This document shows positions 48,758-59,535 of a stretch of DNA of 64,000 nt, one piece after another. Origin of the DNA: Candidatus Magasanikiibacteriota bacterium (GTDB lineage: Bacteria > Patescibacteriota > Patescibacteriia > Magasanikbacterales > UBA922); the NCBI GenBank assembly GCA_052033375.1, contig JBPOJQ010000018.1, positions 1,671 through 65,670 of the forward strand, in the 5' to 3' direction. The translations under genes were made by a program, and so were the position numbers. The notes below the pieces were generated by a model that saw nothing but the letters and a program-made list of their open reading frames with translations, was not told the origin of the DNA and ran no database searches. The first letter of the stretch is position 1. Each line of letters opens with the position of its first letter.

Positions 48758-51627
48758 AACATGAGTCAATCAAAATAGTGAACGCCCGCGTACATAATCT
48801 CAAAAATGTATCGCTTGAAATTCCAAAAAATAAACTGGTGGTAATCACTGGATTATCCGGATCTGGAAAATCGTCTCTCGCATTTGATACCATCTATGCC
48901 GAAGGACAACGTCGATATGCGGAAAGTCTCAATGCCTACGCCAGACAATTCATGGATATGCAAGATAAGCCTGATGCAGACGAAATATCAGGACTCTCCC
49001 CCACCATTGCCATTAATCAGAGAAATACTACCCAAAACCCACGCTCAACCGTGGGTACAACAACTGAAATTTATGATTACCTCCGATTACTCTTCGCGCG
49101 TATCGGAGTACAATGGTGCCCAGCATGCAACATCCCTGTTTCTTCACACAAACCAGGAACAATCATTGAACGAATCCGCACCCTTACAAAAAAAACTCCA
49201 AATGCACTCCTACTCTCCCCGATCATCCGACAAGAAATAATCACTAATAAAGAACTAAAACACCGTGTAGAAAAAACAGGATATCCCTCCATACGACTAA
49301 ACGGAGTTGAAACCTCAGTAAAACAACTCTCTTCAGTCTCCCTGAACCCTGCGTACAAATATGATGTTGAGGTAATCATTGGTGAATTAAAAAATATTGT
49401 AAAAGAATCATTTGCAAAGCATGTCCTCAAAGCACTTGATTTTTCAAATGGACATATAGTCGTCTACGATCCTGAAGCAGATACGGAAATATCTTTTTCA
49501 CAAATTCCAGTATGTAATTCATGCAAACGGACATTTTCGCATATCGAACCACGATCATTTAGTTTCAATAGTCCGTATGGCGCATGTCCACGCTGTACCG
49601 GACTAGGAAAAACACTCGAAGTAGATCCAGAGCTGGTTATTCCAAACCAAAAACTTACCGTTGAGGAGGGAGCAATCCAACCATGGACTCGATTAGTCGG
49701 AAACAACACAGGACTCATGGAAATTCTAACTGAAGTCGCCCACACACATGGATTCTCACTCGCTCGACCAATTGAAGAACTTCCACAATCAACAATGGAT
49801 ATTATCCTCTACGGTACAGATGGACAAGAGTATGTCGTCAAAGGAAGAAAAACAACATATGAAGGAGTAATTCCAAATCTAACTGCACGATACATCGAAA
49901 CCAAATCAGAATACGTAAAAAAAGAAATCGAAGTATACATGCGAGAAAAGCCTTGTTCAGTATGTGAGACCAAACGACTAAAAGAAGATAGTCTAAACAT
50001 CAAAATTTCTGATTATTCAATTGCAGACATAGCAGAAATGAGCCTCGAAGAATCATACGAAATTTTCAAATCACTCGAAAATCAAGGAAGTGGGCTTGCA
50101 AAAAAACTAAACTCGGATGAACGAAGTGTTGCAAAACCAATCGCACTTGAAATCAGACGAAGAATTGAACATCTTATTGATGTAGGACTCGCCTATCTTA
50201 CACTCGACCGATCATTGAATACACTCTCAGGTGGTGAATCTCAGCGTGTACGGCTCTCAACACAGCTCTCAGCAGGTCTGTCCGGTCTTATCTACATCCT
50301 CGATGAACCATCAATCGGATTACACCCCAAAGACAACGGACGACTCATCAATACACTTATTTCACTTCGTGACGCAGGAAATACAGTAATTGTAGTTGAA
50401 CATGATAAGGCTATCATGAAAGCCGCAGACTATCTGATCGATATTGGTCCTGGTGCAGGAGAGTACGGCGGAGAGATTATGGCGGCAGGCACTCCTGATA
50501 AAGTCATCAAATCAGACAAATCACTCACTGGTCGATATCTTTCAAACGCAGAAGAAATCAAAGCTCCTGGTAAACCACGTAAAGGAAGTGGTAAAAAGCT
50601 TACCATTCTTGGTGCCAAAGCAAATAATCTCAAAAATATTGATGTTGAAATCCCGCTTGCCATGTTTGTAAGTATTACTGGTGTATCTGGATCTGGAAAA
50701 TCAACACTCATCTTGGACATTCTCGGCAAATCACTCGAGAAAAAATTCTACCGTGCAAAAGATGAGCCAGGTGCACATGATGATATCAAAGGATTATCGC
50801 ATATCGACAAAGTAATCGCAATTGACCAGACCCCCATTGGAAGAACTCCTCGAAGTAATCCAGTAACCTACACGGGCATATTCACGATGATTCGAGATCT
50901 GTATGCCGAACTCCCAGAATCAAAATTACGTGGATACAGTGCAGGAACATTTAGTTTCAATGTAAAAGGTGATGGTCGTTGTGAAGCCTGCGGTGGAGAA
51001 GGATACGTGACCATCCCCATGCATTTCTTGAATGATGTATTTGTAGAATGTAGTGAATGTCATGGAACACGCTACACAAGAGATGTGCTTGAAATTCATT
51101 ATAAAGAAAAAAATATTGCAGAAGTCTTGAAGATGACCGTAGAAGAAGCTTTTAAATTTTTCCAAGGAAAACAACCAATCACTGACAAACTCCAAATTCT
51201 TCGAAATGTAGGATTGGGGTATGTCCAGCTCGGGCAGCCAGCCACCACTCTTTCAGGAGGAGAAGCACAGAGAATTAAGCTCGCAACTGAACTCTCACGC
51301 CGCTCAACAGGCAAGACCATATATATTTTGGATGAACCTTCGACTGGTCTTCATTTTGAAGACATCAAAAAACTGCTTCATGTACTGAACCAGTTGGTAG
51401 ACAAAGGAAACACGATACTCGTAATCGAACACAACCTTGATATTATCAAATGTTCAGACTGGATCATTGATTTGGGTCCAGGCGGTGGAAAACATGGCGG
51501 ACAAGTGGTCGCCTCAGGAACACCTGAGCAGGTAATCAAAGCAAAAAATAGCCTCACTGGCGAGTACCTCAAGCTCGAGCTTGCAGCAGCAGGTAAAAAG
51601 GAGAAGGGTAAAAGCAAAAAGAAATAG
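48748..51627 (+). CDS. uvrA: excinuclease ABC subunit A
   Basis: 959 aa, two ABC modules, zinc fingers. Confidence 0.95.
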   Translation: MYMKHESIKIVNARVHNLKNVSLEIPKNKLVVITGLSGSGKSSLAFDTIYAEGQRRYAESLNAYARQFMDMQDKPDADEISGLSPTIAINQRNTTQNPRSTVGTTTEIYDYLRLLFARIGVQWCPACNIPVSSHKPGTIIERIRTLTKKTPNALLLSPIIRQEIITNKELKHRVEKTGYPSIRLNGVETSVKQLSSVSLNPAYKYDVEVIIGELKNIVKESFAKHVLKALDFSNGHIVVYDPEADTEISFSQIPVCNSCKRTFSHIEPRSFSFNSPYGACPRCTGLGKTLEVDPELVIPNQKLTVEEGAIQPWTRLVGNNTGLMEILTEVAHTHGFSLARPIEELPQSTMDIILYGTDGQEYVVKGRKTTYEGVIPNLTARYIETKSEYVKKEIEVYMREKPCSVCETKRLKEDSLNIKISDYSIADIAEMSLEESYEIFKSLENQGSGLAKKLNSDERSVAKPIALEIRRRIEHLIDVGLAYLTLDRSLNTLSGGESQRVRLSTQLSAGLSGLIYILDEPSIGLHPKDNGRLINTLISLRDAGNTVIVVEHDKAIMKAADYLIDIGPGAGEYGGEIMAAGTPDKVIKSDKSLTGRYLSNAEEIKAPGKPRKGSGKKLTILGAKANNLKNIDVEIPLAMFVSITGVSGSGKSTLILDILGKSLEKKFYRAKDEPGAHDDIKGLSHIDKVIAIDQTPIGRTPRSNPVTYTGIFTMIRDLYAELPESKLRGYSAGTFSFNVKGDGRCEACGGEGYVTIPMHFLNDVFVECSECHGTRYTRDVLEIHYKEKNIAEVLKMTVEEAFKFFQGKQPITDKLQILRNVGLGYVQLGQPATTLSGGEAQRIKLATELSRRSTGKTIYILDEPSTGLHFEDIKKLLHVLNQLVDKGNTILVIEHNLDIIKCSDWIIDLGPGGGKHGGQVVASGTPEQVIKAKNSLTGEYLKLELAAAGKKEKGKSKKK

Positions 51628-51635
51628 AAACGTTC

Positions 51636-51665
51636 CTCCCCTCTTAGGGGAGGACAGGTGGGATT
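51636..51665. terminator. GC-rich hairpin between uvrA and rplS (convergent)
   Basis: CCTCCCCT-ctta-GGGGAGG. Confidence 0.45.
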
Positions 51666-51739
51666 AAGGGTCGGAGAGTAAATTTATCTTTCATATTTCC
51701 ACCAATAAAAAAATCCGCCAATAAGGCGGATTTTTTAAA

Positions 51740-52084
51740 TTACTTTTTTTCTTCAGTTCCTTTTACTTTTACTTCTTTCAATTTTTTCTTATATTCACGT
51801 AAGAAGTAAGGTCGAGACTTTCGTACATGCATCGCGCGTACGAGTTCAATCTTTTCTACTACTGGGGAATTGATTGGAAAAATCTTCTCTACCCCAACAC
51901 CGTCTGATACTTTTCGGACAGTGATCGTAGCTCCAGCTTCAGTTCCGTGCTTGAGAGCAAGAACAATTCCTTCGAAGATCTGAATACGTTCTTTTTCTTC
52001 TCCTTTGGTATTCAATTCTTTGATTTTTTGATGAACTTTTACGATCATCCCTGATTTAACTTCATGTCTGATATCTGCTGACAT
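51740..52084 (-). CDS. rplS: 50S ribosomal protein L19
   Basis: start at MSADIRHEVK; typical L19 core. Confidence 0.85.
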   Translation of the reverse strand: MSADIRHEVKSGMIVKVHQKIKELNTKGEEKERIQIFEGIVLALKHGTEAGATITVRKVSDGVGVEKIFPINSPVVEKIELVRAMHVRKSRPYFLREYKKKLKEVKVKGTEEKK

Positions 52085-52160
52085 AGATAAAAATTTAATC
52101 GAGAGGTTGGACACTATTTGTACACCAACATCGTATATAATATGTAGTGGCAACACTGTA

Positions 52161-52736
52161 CTATATCGCCTCTTTTTTGTCAAGAATCGCCTCTATAAGC
52201 TGGGAGACAGTTGCATCAAATCTTCCTTGTTCATTCACAATCTGAAGGTCATAGATACCAGCCTCAGCAATCTGCTGCTTTGCAATCAAAAGCCGTTCAT
52301 CCACCTCTTCACGAGTGAGCCCTCCTCGAGCAACAATCCGATCACGAAGAACATCAAGATTCTCAGGCATAAGAAAAATAGCCACATGAGGAATATGCAG
52401 CCGATCAAACGCCCGTTTACCATTGATCTCTACCTGAGTATACACAACATCATAATTCAACAATGTGCGTTCAAGTACACTCTTTTCAGTCCCATAATAA
52501 TTACCTGCATACACATTGTATTCTACAAATTCATCCCGAGAAATTTTTTCCTTAAACTCTGATTCGGAAACAAAATGATAATCAACCCCTTCAACATTAC
52601 CGGGACGTGGAGGACGAGACGTTGTTGTGAGACAACGAGAAGAATTGGGGATGCGTTCAGTTAATGCACGAATGACCGAATCTTTGCCCCCGCCAGAAGG
52701 AGAGGAAATAACGACCAGCAATCCCTTTTGTCTCAT
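52161..52736 (-). CDS. gmk: guanylate kinase
   Basis: P-loop SSPSGGGKDS, TTTSRPPRPGNVEGVDYHFVS, GNYYGT. Confidence 0.8.
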   Translation of the reverse strand: MRQKGLLVVISSPSGGGKDSVIRALTERIPNSSRCLTTTSRPPRPGNVEGVDYHFVSESEFKEKISRDEFVEYNVYAGNYYGTEKSVLERTLLNYDVVYTQVEINGKRAFDRLHIPHVAIFLMPENLDVLRDRIVARGGLTREEVDERLLIAKQQIAEAGIYDLQIVNEQGRFDATVSQLIEAILDKKEAI

Positions 52737-52745
52737 ACAATATAC

Positions 52746-53708
52746 TTAGGTTAGAGTTTCAAGATACGCAGTGAGCTCTTCAGGAAGTGGCGCCTCATAA
52801 CACACTCTCTCGTCTGTAAGGGTAGTGAAACACAACTTTGAAGCATGGAGGAATAATCGTCCAAGTATCGGATCATTCTTTTTAAAATATCCTTTCTGAT
52901 AATACAACATGTCCCCCACCACCGGATGATTAAAGGCATACATATGGACACGAATCTGATGCGTACGCCCAGTATGAAGTCGTACTGAAAGCAAAGTGTA
53001 GCGCGCAAAACGTTTTAACACATCAAATTCAGTCAAAGCATCTTTCCCACTTCTGTCTTGTGTGACATTTCGAAGTGTCATCTGAGTATTTGGTCGAGCA
53101 ATCATCTTCCCTTCTTGACCACGATCAATAATAAAATTAATAGTACCATGCTCAGCTGCAGGCGAGCCGTATACCAATACAATATAATTCTTCTCAATAG
53201 AACGATGCTTAAACTGTTCTTTCAAATGTTCGAACATCTGCTGAGTCCGTGCAACAACCAATACCCCAGAAGCTTCCTTATCCAATCGATGTACAATACC
53301 AGGGCGAATAGTTGAATCACCTATCGCTGCGATCTCAGGGTAAGCTGACACAATCCATGAGGCAAGTGTCACTTTTTCACGTGCTTCGGTAGGATGTACA
53401 ATCAAACCAGCAGGTTTCATAATAACCAGATACTCTGGGTCTTCATGAATAACACGTATCTTTTCAAACAATTCCTCTGATTCTTCAGCGATAACCTCTG
53501 GTGTTTTTTCAACCTCTGGAACTTCTTGCATCTCAATCCTGTCTCCTTCTTGTACTCGATACGAGGATTTGGAGCAACGTGCACCATTCACTACAACAAG
53601 ACCTCGATCAATTGATCGCTGGACCAATGTGCGCGTACCAAATCCACTCTCTGCAAGAAAAGCATCAATTCTCTTTTTTGTTAGTTGTTCAGGGACTGTA
53701 ATAATCAT
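52746..53708 (-). CDS. RluA-family pseudouridine synthase (RluD-like, S4 domain)
   Basis: HRLDKEASGVLVVART catalytic motif. Confidence 0.8.
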   Translation of the reverse strand: MIITVPEQLTKKRIDAFLAESGFGTRTLVQRSIDRGLVVVNGARCSKSSYRVQEGDRIEMQEVPEVEKTPEVIAEESEELFEKIRVIHEDPEYLVIMKPAGLIVHPTEAREKVTLASWIVSAYPEIAAIGDSTIRPGIVHRLDKEASGVLVVARTQQMFEHLKEQFKHRSIEKNYIVLVYGSPAAEHGTINFIIDRGQEGKMIARPNTQMTLRNVTQDRSGKDALTEFDVLKRFARYTLLSVRLHTGRTHQIRVHMYAFNHPVVGDMLYYQKGYFKKNDPILGRLFLHASKLCFTTLTDERVCYEAPLPEELTAYLETLT

Positions 53709-53782
53709 AGTAATTTAATCTGTAAAACCGAATGCTCCCATACTTTATAGACTTTTTGACTTTCGACTTTTTACTATATAAG

Positions 53783-53856
53783 TAGGCCTGGATGGACTCG
53801 AACCATCGACCCCAACGTTATAAGCGTTGTGCTCTAACCACCTGAGCTACAGGCCC
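53783..53856 (-). tRNA. tRNA-Ile (TAT anticodon)
   Basis: GGGCCTG-TA-GCTC-AGGTGGTTA-GAGC; anticodon stem CAACG/CGTTG, loop CTTATAA; T-arm GATGG-TTCGAGT-CCATC. Confidence 0.7.
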
Positions 53857-54025
53857 ATTTATGTAATTTCAATCCAATTTTCCAGCCCCCAGCCCATCCA
53901 CCGCACAGACCCAAAAAAGTGTGGAGGAGATAGAGACCTGTATGTAAATGAATCCATCCTAACAAAAAAAGGACGTAAAATCAAGCGCTTGAGAAAAACA
54001 AATTATTGGTATATACTATTTTCAT

Positions 54026-54751
54026 ATGACTGATTCAAAATATAATTTTATCGTAAACAAGGCTCGAGAACTCATGAAATTGTCAAAAGACCCAATTCAT
54101 GACCTCTCTCACGTAGAGCGCGTGGTAGAAAATGTAAAAAAAATTGCACCTTCACTCAATCTTACCAAAGAAGAAACAGATGCAATCGAGCTGGCTGCGT
54201 GGTGGCACGATGTGGCACGCGTACTCACCAAACAACCATCATTCGTCTGGATGGCATGTATTGATGATGCACTCTCAGCACTTATGCTCTGTTTGCATAG
54301 TATACGATACAGATTCTGGAGACAAAGCGGCGGAATAGCTACAAAATTGATACTATCAAAAACATTTGCGACTGGCGCGGTATTCACCAAAATATTACTC
54401 TCAAAAAAAGAACGAATAATGATGCATGTGCTACGGGACGCAGATCAACTCGATGTTATGAATGTAGAACGTCTAGCACGTGTATGCGAGCTTTCAAAAA
54501 CTTCAAAGAAATATTTCTGGGGACTACAATGCCTGATATTCTACAACACACGCGAATCCGCATTACAAATGAAAACAAGTATTGCAAATGCATATTTGGC
54601 GGAATCAGTAGAAAGAATTTATGAGTGGATATGCGAACACCGAAATGAACCATCATATGTAAACTTCTTCGGACATGAGTGGATCGATAATGCAATTCAA
54701 AAATTTGCAAAATTGCGTCAGAAACTTTCTCCTGTAAAAGAAATTTTATAA
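54026..54751 (+). CDS. HD-domain phosphohydrolase
   Basis: HDLSHVERV…AAWWHDVARV HD motif. Confidence 0.7.
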   Translation: MTDSKYNFIVNKARELMKLSKDPIHDLSHVERVVENVKKIAPSLNLTKEETDAIELAAWWHDVARVLTKQPSFVWMACIDDALSALMLCLHSIRYRFWRQSGGIATKLILSKTFATGAVFTKILLSKKERIMMHVLRDADQLDVMNVERLARVCELSKTSKKYFWGLQCLIFYNTRESALQMKTSIANAYLAESVERIYEWICEHRNEPSYVNFFGHEWIDNAIQKFAKLRQKLSPVKEIL

Positions 54752-54759
54752 CAATAACA

Positions 54760-54785
54760 AAAGAAGCGAATAGCTTCTTTTTTGT
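54760..54785 (+). terminator. intrinsic terminator
   Basis: AGAAGC-gaat-AGCTTCT then TTTTTTG. Confidence 0.5.
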
Positions 54786-55085
54786 TTTATCGAAAAAAAA
54801 TAAATAAAAAAACATACACACTAAAAAAATAAATAAAAAAACTCAAAAAAGTTATTCACAGGTAAAAACAAAAAAAACTCATTTTCTATTCAACAAAACA
54901 TAAAAAAACAGTATACTTGTTTACAAAGGTCGTTTATATTTGCAAATAAGTTTTTTTACATCGATGCTTGTCATGTAAAAACATTTGCACTTTCGTATTC
55001 ACGTGACACTTTGGTGTGCACCATGGTCACATCATCATTAACAAATACGAAAATCCTAAATTTAGAGAGGAGGTGTACAATACGT

Positions 55086-55208
55086 ATGCCAGCAAAAAGA
55101 AAAAAGGCAGCAGCTAAGAGAAAACCAGCAGCTAAGAAACGCAAGGTAGCTCGAAAGCCAGCTAAGCGCAAAACTGCAAAACGCAAAACTGCAAAGAGAA
55201 AAAAGTAA
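55086..55208 (+). CDS. small lysine/alanine-rich histone H1-like DNA-binding protein
   Basis: MPAKRKKAAAKRKPAAKKRKVARKPAKRKTAKRKTAKRKK; GGAGG RBS 14 nt upstream; follows a 170-bp A-tract-rich spacer. Confidence 0.5.
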   Translation: MPAKRKKAAAKRKPAAKKRKVARKPAKRKTAKRKTAKRKK

Positions 55209-55220
55209 ATTCTCTTACAT

Positions 55221-55247
55221 AAAAAATCCCCTACACGGGGATTTTTT
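55221..55247. terminator. bidirectional intrinsic terminator
   Basis: AAAAAA-TCCCC-tacac-GGGGA-TTTTTT. Confidence 0.7.
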
Positions 55248-55261
55248 ATGTATACACTATA

Positions 55262-56575
55262 TTATTCCAGATGAAGACTAGATTGAATTGAAAATCCTTT
55301 TGATTCCCCCTCGGTAAAAACACTAACTCTACCAAATTCTCCATCATACCCAGGACGAATAAAAATAGTTCCAGCACGAACACGACCAATCGCCTCAGCA
55401 AGAACAGTATTGGATGCATGTGCAATCTCATCAAGTGTTGCTGTAATCAAAATATGAAACTCGGTCCCTACTCGCTGTATGAGAGACGCATACTCGCCTT
55501 GCACTTTTTTTGAATTAACTCCGACCTCATACACATCCGCAATAATCTCTGGAAGTGGAACCAGTGATTTGAAAGGAATACGTTTTGCTTGTAACGCAAT
55601 CTTTTTTGCTTCATCGATACTACGATCAGCCAATTCATGCACGCGATGTTCGACCCCAATGGTCATCTGCTTGCCACACACAGGGCACACGCCCTTTCGC
55701 CTCTGAGTCTCCTCGGGTGCACAATAAAATACACAATCCTTATGCCCATCATAATGGTATTTACCTTCTTCAGGATAAAATTCAATTGTATAAGAAAATC
55801 TTTTATCATCTCGGTCTTCGATAATACGAAATAATTCATCATAGGTAATAGCATCAACAGAATCAAAAGAAAGCGCATTTGCCTCACGCCCCAGTTTCTG
55901 CAGACTATGTGCATCCGAGCTCGATATCAACGAAATATTGTCTAAATGTGACCAGCGCCAATTCATAAGCGGATTACTCGAAAGCCCTGTCTCAATGGCC
56001 CGAATGTGTGGCGTCAAATCTTCAAATGCCTCATCGAGTGAGTCATACCCGCCTTTTGAACCAAAAATCCCAAACCAGGGCGTCCATGCGTGTGCTGGTA
56101 TCATCTTCATACGTGGATCAATCTCAAGCATCAACTCAAGAATCTGCTTTGAGGTAAGTCCAATAATCGGTCGCCCATCAGAACGTATGTTGAACCCACG
56201 ATCTTCAAGAGTTTTATTAAACTTCTCAGTAACTTCTAAATTTGGAGAGAAAACGAGCAGATGCACCCGGCGTGTCTGGTCTCCATGCTTTTTGATTGAG
56301 GCAATCTCTGTCCCAATAATAAACCGAGTATTACTTTCATGATTTTTAAGCTTGTATACCCCTTCCACATCTTCTACAAGCTCGGTTTTCATATGTTCAA
56401 ACCATTTGGGATGGGTAAAATCGCTCGTAACCATGATATCGATCCCGCGAACCTCACAGGCTTGTGCAATTTTTGGCAACTCCAAATCCTTCGAACACGC
56501 TCGAGAATATTTTGAATGTGAATGAAGATCGACAATCTGCTCAATCATAAAAAACCTAATTCTTCTTACAATCAC
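55262..56575 (-). CDS. PHP-domain protein, endonuclease Q-like (TIGR00375-type) with zinc ribbon
   Basis: N-terminal IVDLHSHSKYSRACSK… PHP motif resembling archaeal EndoQ; C-terminal CPVCGKQ…H Zn-binding cluster. Confidence 0.5.
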   Translation of the reverse strand: MIVRRIRFFMIEQIVDLHSHSKYSRACSKDLELPKIAQACEVRGIDIMVTSDFTHPKWFEHMKTELVEDVEGVYKLKNHESNTRFIIGTEIASIKKHGDQTRRVHLLVFSPNLEVTEKFNKTLEDRGFNIRSDGRPIIGLTSKQILELMLEIDPRMKMIPAHAWTPWFGIFGSKGGYDSLDEAFEDLTPHIRAIETGLSSNPLMNWRWSHLDNISLISSSDAHSLQKLGREANALSFDSVDAITYDELFRIIEDRDDKRFSYTIEFYPEEGKYHYDGHKDCVFYCAPEETQRRKGVCPVCGKQMTIGVEHRVHELADRSIDEAKKIALQAKRIPFKSLVPLPEIIADVYEVGVNSKKVQGEYASLIQRVGTEFHILITATLDEIAHASNTVLAEAIGRVRAGTIFIRPGYDGEFGRVSVFTEGESKGFSIQSSLHLE

Positions 56576-56587
56576 TCCTACAACACA

Positions 56588-56869
56588 CTACGCACACGAT
56601 GACAAATGTAAACAGACATGAAAAATTTTATCAACTACCTGATTAATATCTGTTTCAATCTGGTATGGGGTAAACGTAAGTACGGTTACATCTTGACCTA
56701 ATAGCCAGGGATTTCGATTATCCGAATAGTCGCATGCAGAATCTTGCTCAAGAATGATGATCGCAAGACGAAGTTCATGACAATATAAATCAGCGACACA
56801 TGCACCTACAGTATATTGCGGTTTAAATATATATCTAAAATCTCTCCGTATAAGCTCCTCCAAAAGCAT
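56588..56869 (-). CDS. DUF559 (Vsr-like endonuclease fold) protein
   Basis: VADLYCHELRLAIIILEQDS…LGQDVTVLTFTPYQI pattern. Confidence 0.45.
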   Translation of the reverse strand: MLLEELIRRDFRYIFKPQYTVGACVADLYCHELRLAIIILEQDSACDYSDNRNPWLLGQDVTVLTFTPYQIETDINQVVDKIFHVCLHLSSCA

Positions 56870-56905
56870 ATGATGATTTTATTACCTATACACACTATAT
56901 ACTTT

Positions 56906-57649
56906 TTACCCGATATATTCAATCTCATCATCGTCGAGTCTCCGTATACCCACGTCATGGGTGCGCTCTTCATAAATATGTGCGAGTAACCCAGGAATCC
57001 TGCCGATCAAAAAAATAGTGTTACCCAACTGAGCAGGAACACCCATGTCGAGAAGTATTGCAGCAACCGCACCATCAATATTAAGTGGAAGTGGTTTTGA
57101 AGAAACCGCATGTAATTCTTTTTGAACAATACCTGCAAATTTACAGTATGTACCAAGAATTTTTTGTTTCTTTGCAATATCAAAAAGTGTCACAGAACGT
57201 GGGTCAACTGTGGTAAAAACCTTATGCCCATATCCTGGTATTCTCACCTTCTGTGCTTTCAGCTCTCGTATCTTTGCGGTGATATCTTTGCTCGTAATAT
57301 TGTCAGAAAAAAACTTCATCGCACCATCGACTGCCATTCCATGGCGCTCACCAAATCCCAAAATTCCTGCAGCAAGAGAGGTGTGTACAGGATTCCCTGC
57401 CGAAGCTGACACACGTGCGTTCAGAGCAGATGAAGTGCCAGGACCATGATCAATTACACTGACTAATAGAGCATTACACATCGCCTCTTCATTCTTCCTC
57501 GGCAACCGTCCGCACAATAGAAAAAAAATAGTTGCAACAAATGATTGTTTTTTCATCAATGATTCAAGTGTTTTTCCTCGAATAACCTCTTTATCATCTC
57601 TAATCTGTGTAATCGACGTTTTAAATTTCATACAAACAAATTTAAACAA
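56906..57649 (-). CDS. citrate-synthase-fold protein (citryl-CoA lyase-like, short form)
   Basis: 247 aa; IPGYGHKVFTTVDPR matches citrate synthase/ACL C-domain GHxV motif; too short for full citrate synthase; 8-nt overlap with upstream SucD-like gene. Confidence 0.55.
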   Translation of the reverse strand: MFKFVCMKFKTSITQIRDDKEVIRGKTLESLMKKQSFVATIFFLLCGRLPRKNEEAMCNALLVSVIDHGPGTSSALNARVSASAGNPVHTSLAAGILGFGERHGMAVDGAMKFFSDNITSKDITAKIRELKAQKVRIPGYGHKVFTTVDPRSVTLFDIAKKQKILGTYCKFAGIVQKELHAVSSKPLPLNIDGAVAAILLDMGVPAQLGNTIFLIGRIPGLLAHIYEERTHDVGIRRLDDDEIEYIG

Positions 57650-58538
57650 ATGGTTTTATTAACTCAACCAAATCTTCGTATCGCTCAGCAATATGTACTC
57701 CAACTCCCTTGAGAGCTGATTCCTTCTCTAGAACACCTTTTCCACGCTCGACAATAGCACCCGCATGTCCAACATTCATTCCTTCAGGAAAAATACTCGC
57801 AAACTTTCCTCCTATATATATAGCAAGCGGCTTAGTATATCCACCATTCCTAATCAAATCAACAATTTCAAACTCATATGACCCGCCATGTTCACCAAAA
57901 ATAATCACTGCTTTTGTCTGAACATCCTGTTCAAATAATGAAAGTAAATCAGCATACGTAGTGCCCATTAATAAATCTCCACCGACATGTACCGCGCTGC
58001 TTTGACCAAGCCCTGCTTTCCGTACCTGCCAAGAAAGTTCGTTGGTCATACCGCCCGAACGAGAAATAATTCCTACAGGGCCCGGTGTAAAAATCTGATC
58101 CGCCTGGATTTTAGGCCCCCCGACCACACCAATGCGCCCGACCCCCGGAGTAATATACCCAAGAGAACTTGGCCCAATAATGCTAATATTTTTTTCTTTT
58201 GCAGCAGCAATGCAATATGCAGTATCTTTGATCGGAATACGCTCCACAATTGCATTAATCTGAACAATTCCGGCATCAATTGCTTCAAGTATTGCCGACT
58301 TTGCTGCAAACGGAGGAACAAAAACTGTCGTCACTGAAATATCAGGATATACGGCAAGTGCTTCGGTAATATTATTAAATACAGGAACTCCATCTATCTG
58401 TTCTCCACCCTTACCCGGGCGAACTCCACCAACAACAGTAGTCCCATACTCTCTCATTGCAACTGATGCTTTTTGTCCTTCTTTTCCTGTAATGCCTTGA
58501 ATCAATACATTAGTTGTAGGCGAAAGTAAAATTCCCAT
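57642..58538 (-). CDS. succinyl-CoA synthetase alpha-subunit-like CoA-binding protein
   Basis: CoA-binding Rossmann (IQGITGKEGQ), phosphohistidine loop GHAGAIV. Confidence 0.8.
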   Translation of the reverse strand: MGILLSPTTNVLIQGITGKEGQKASVAMREYGTTVVGGVRPGKGGEQIDGVPVFNNITEALAVYPDISVTTVFVPPFAAKSAILEAIDAGIVQINAIVERIPIKDTAYCIAAAKEKNISIIGPSSLGYITPGVGRIGVVGGPKIQADQIFTPGPVGIISRSGGMTNELSWQVRKAGLGQSSAVHVGGDLLMGTTYADLLSLFEQDVQTKAVIIFGEHGGSYEFEIVDLIRNGGYTKPLAIYIGGKFASIFPEGMNVGHAGAIVERGKGVLEKESALKGVGVHIAERYEDLVELIKPFV

Positions 58539-58581
58539 ATATTTATTTTTGTGTCACATCCTCTATATACCACGATGCTTT

Positions 58582-59526
58582 TTACCATTTACCAGAGGCT
58601 CCGCCACCACCAGACGACCCGCCGCCAAATCCACCAAATCCCCCACCAGACGATGAGCTTCCTCCGCCGCCAAATCCACCAAATCCACCTCCCTTAGGTC
58701 GTTTGTTATTTTTTTCTTTTCGAATGATGTCCTCAACTTTATTTCTAAAACGAGAAAAAGAAGCCGCTCGTGAAATCACCCAGTCAATGACGCCGCCAAT
58801 AATTGCGCCAACAATACCGATCAGAATCCAAGAACTAGTAAGCGCCCCGACAAATGAACCAACCAAACCACCGATAATTGAACCACCTACCACAGATTTT
58901 GATCGGGACATCTCCATAAACAACCGAGAAAATATCGTCCACCCGACAAATCCAAAAATACCCACAATAATCACTGCCATGATGCCGCCGACAACTCCAC
59001 TGTCGCTTGCAGAGGTACTAAGGGATGCGCCATATTCACCCTCCACTGCCTGAACAATAGCAATAGTTGCCTCATCAATACCTTCACTATATCTATTCTC
59101 TTTAAACGCAGGAATCAATATATCATCAATAATCAACGAAGATTCGATATCGGTCAATGCACCCTCAAGTCCATACCCCACCTCAATACGCACCTCTCGT
59201 TCATTCGGGGCGACCAATAACAACACGCCATTGTCCTGTTTTGCTTTTCCAATCCCCCAATATTCAAACAATCCAATCGCATATTCTTCAATTGAAAGAC
59301 CTTCCAATGTCGATACAACCGCGACCGCAATTTCACTCGTAGAAGTTGCCTCCAGTGCACTCAAGCGTGTGGAGATACGCGCTTCAGTTGTATCATCAAT
59401 AACACCCGCATAGTCAGTGACAAATCCCGCAGGTTGCGGATACTCGACAGGAGCTGCATTAACGGGAAAAAACCATGCAAACGAAAAAATAATACTCAAT
59501 GCGCATGCATATAAAATTCGTCGCAT
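58582..59526 (-). CDS. TPM-domain (TLP18.3/MOLO-1) protein with Gly-rich C-terminus
   Basis: FVTDYAGVIDD…DNGVLLLVAPNEREVRIEVGYGLEG. Confidence 0.7.
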   Translation of the reverse strand: MRRILYACALSIIFSFAWFFPVNAAPVEYPQPAGFVTDYAGVIDDTTEARISTRLSALEATSTSEIAVAVVSTLEGLSIEEYAIGLFEYWGIGKAKQDNGVLLLVAPNEREVRIEVGYGLEGALTDIESSLIIDDILIPAFKENRYSEGIDEATIAIVQAVEGEYGASLSTSASDSGVVGGIMAVIIVGIFGFVGWTIFSRLFMEMSRSKSVVGGSIIGGLVGSFVGALTSSWILIGIVGAIIGGVIDWVISRAASFSRFRNKVEDIIRKEKNNKRPKGGGFGGFGGGGSSSSGGGFGGFGGGSSGGGGASGKW

Positions 59527-59535
59527 AGTGAAAAA

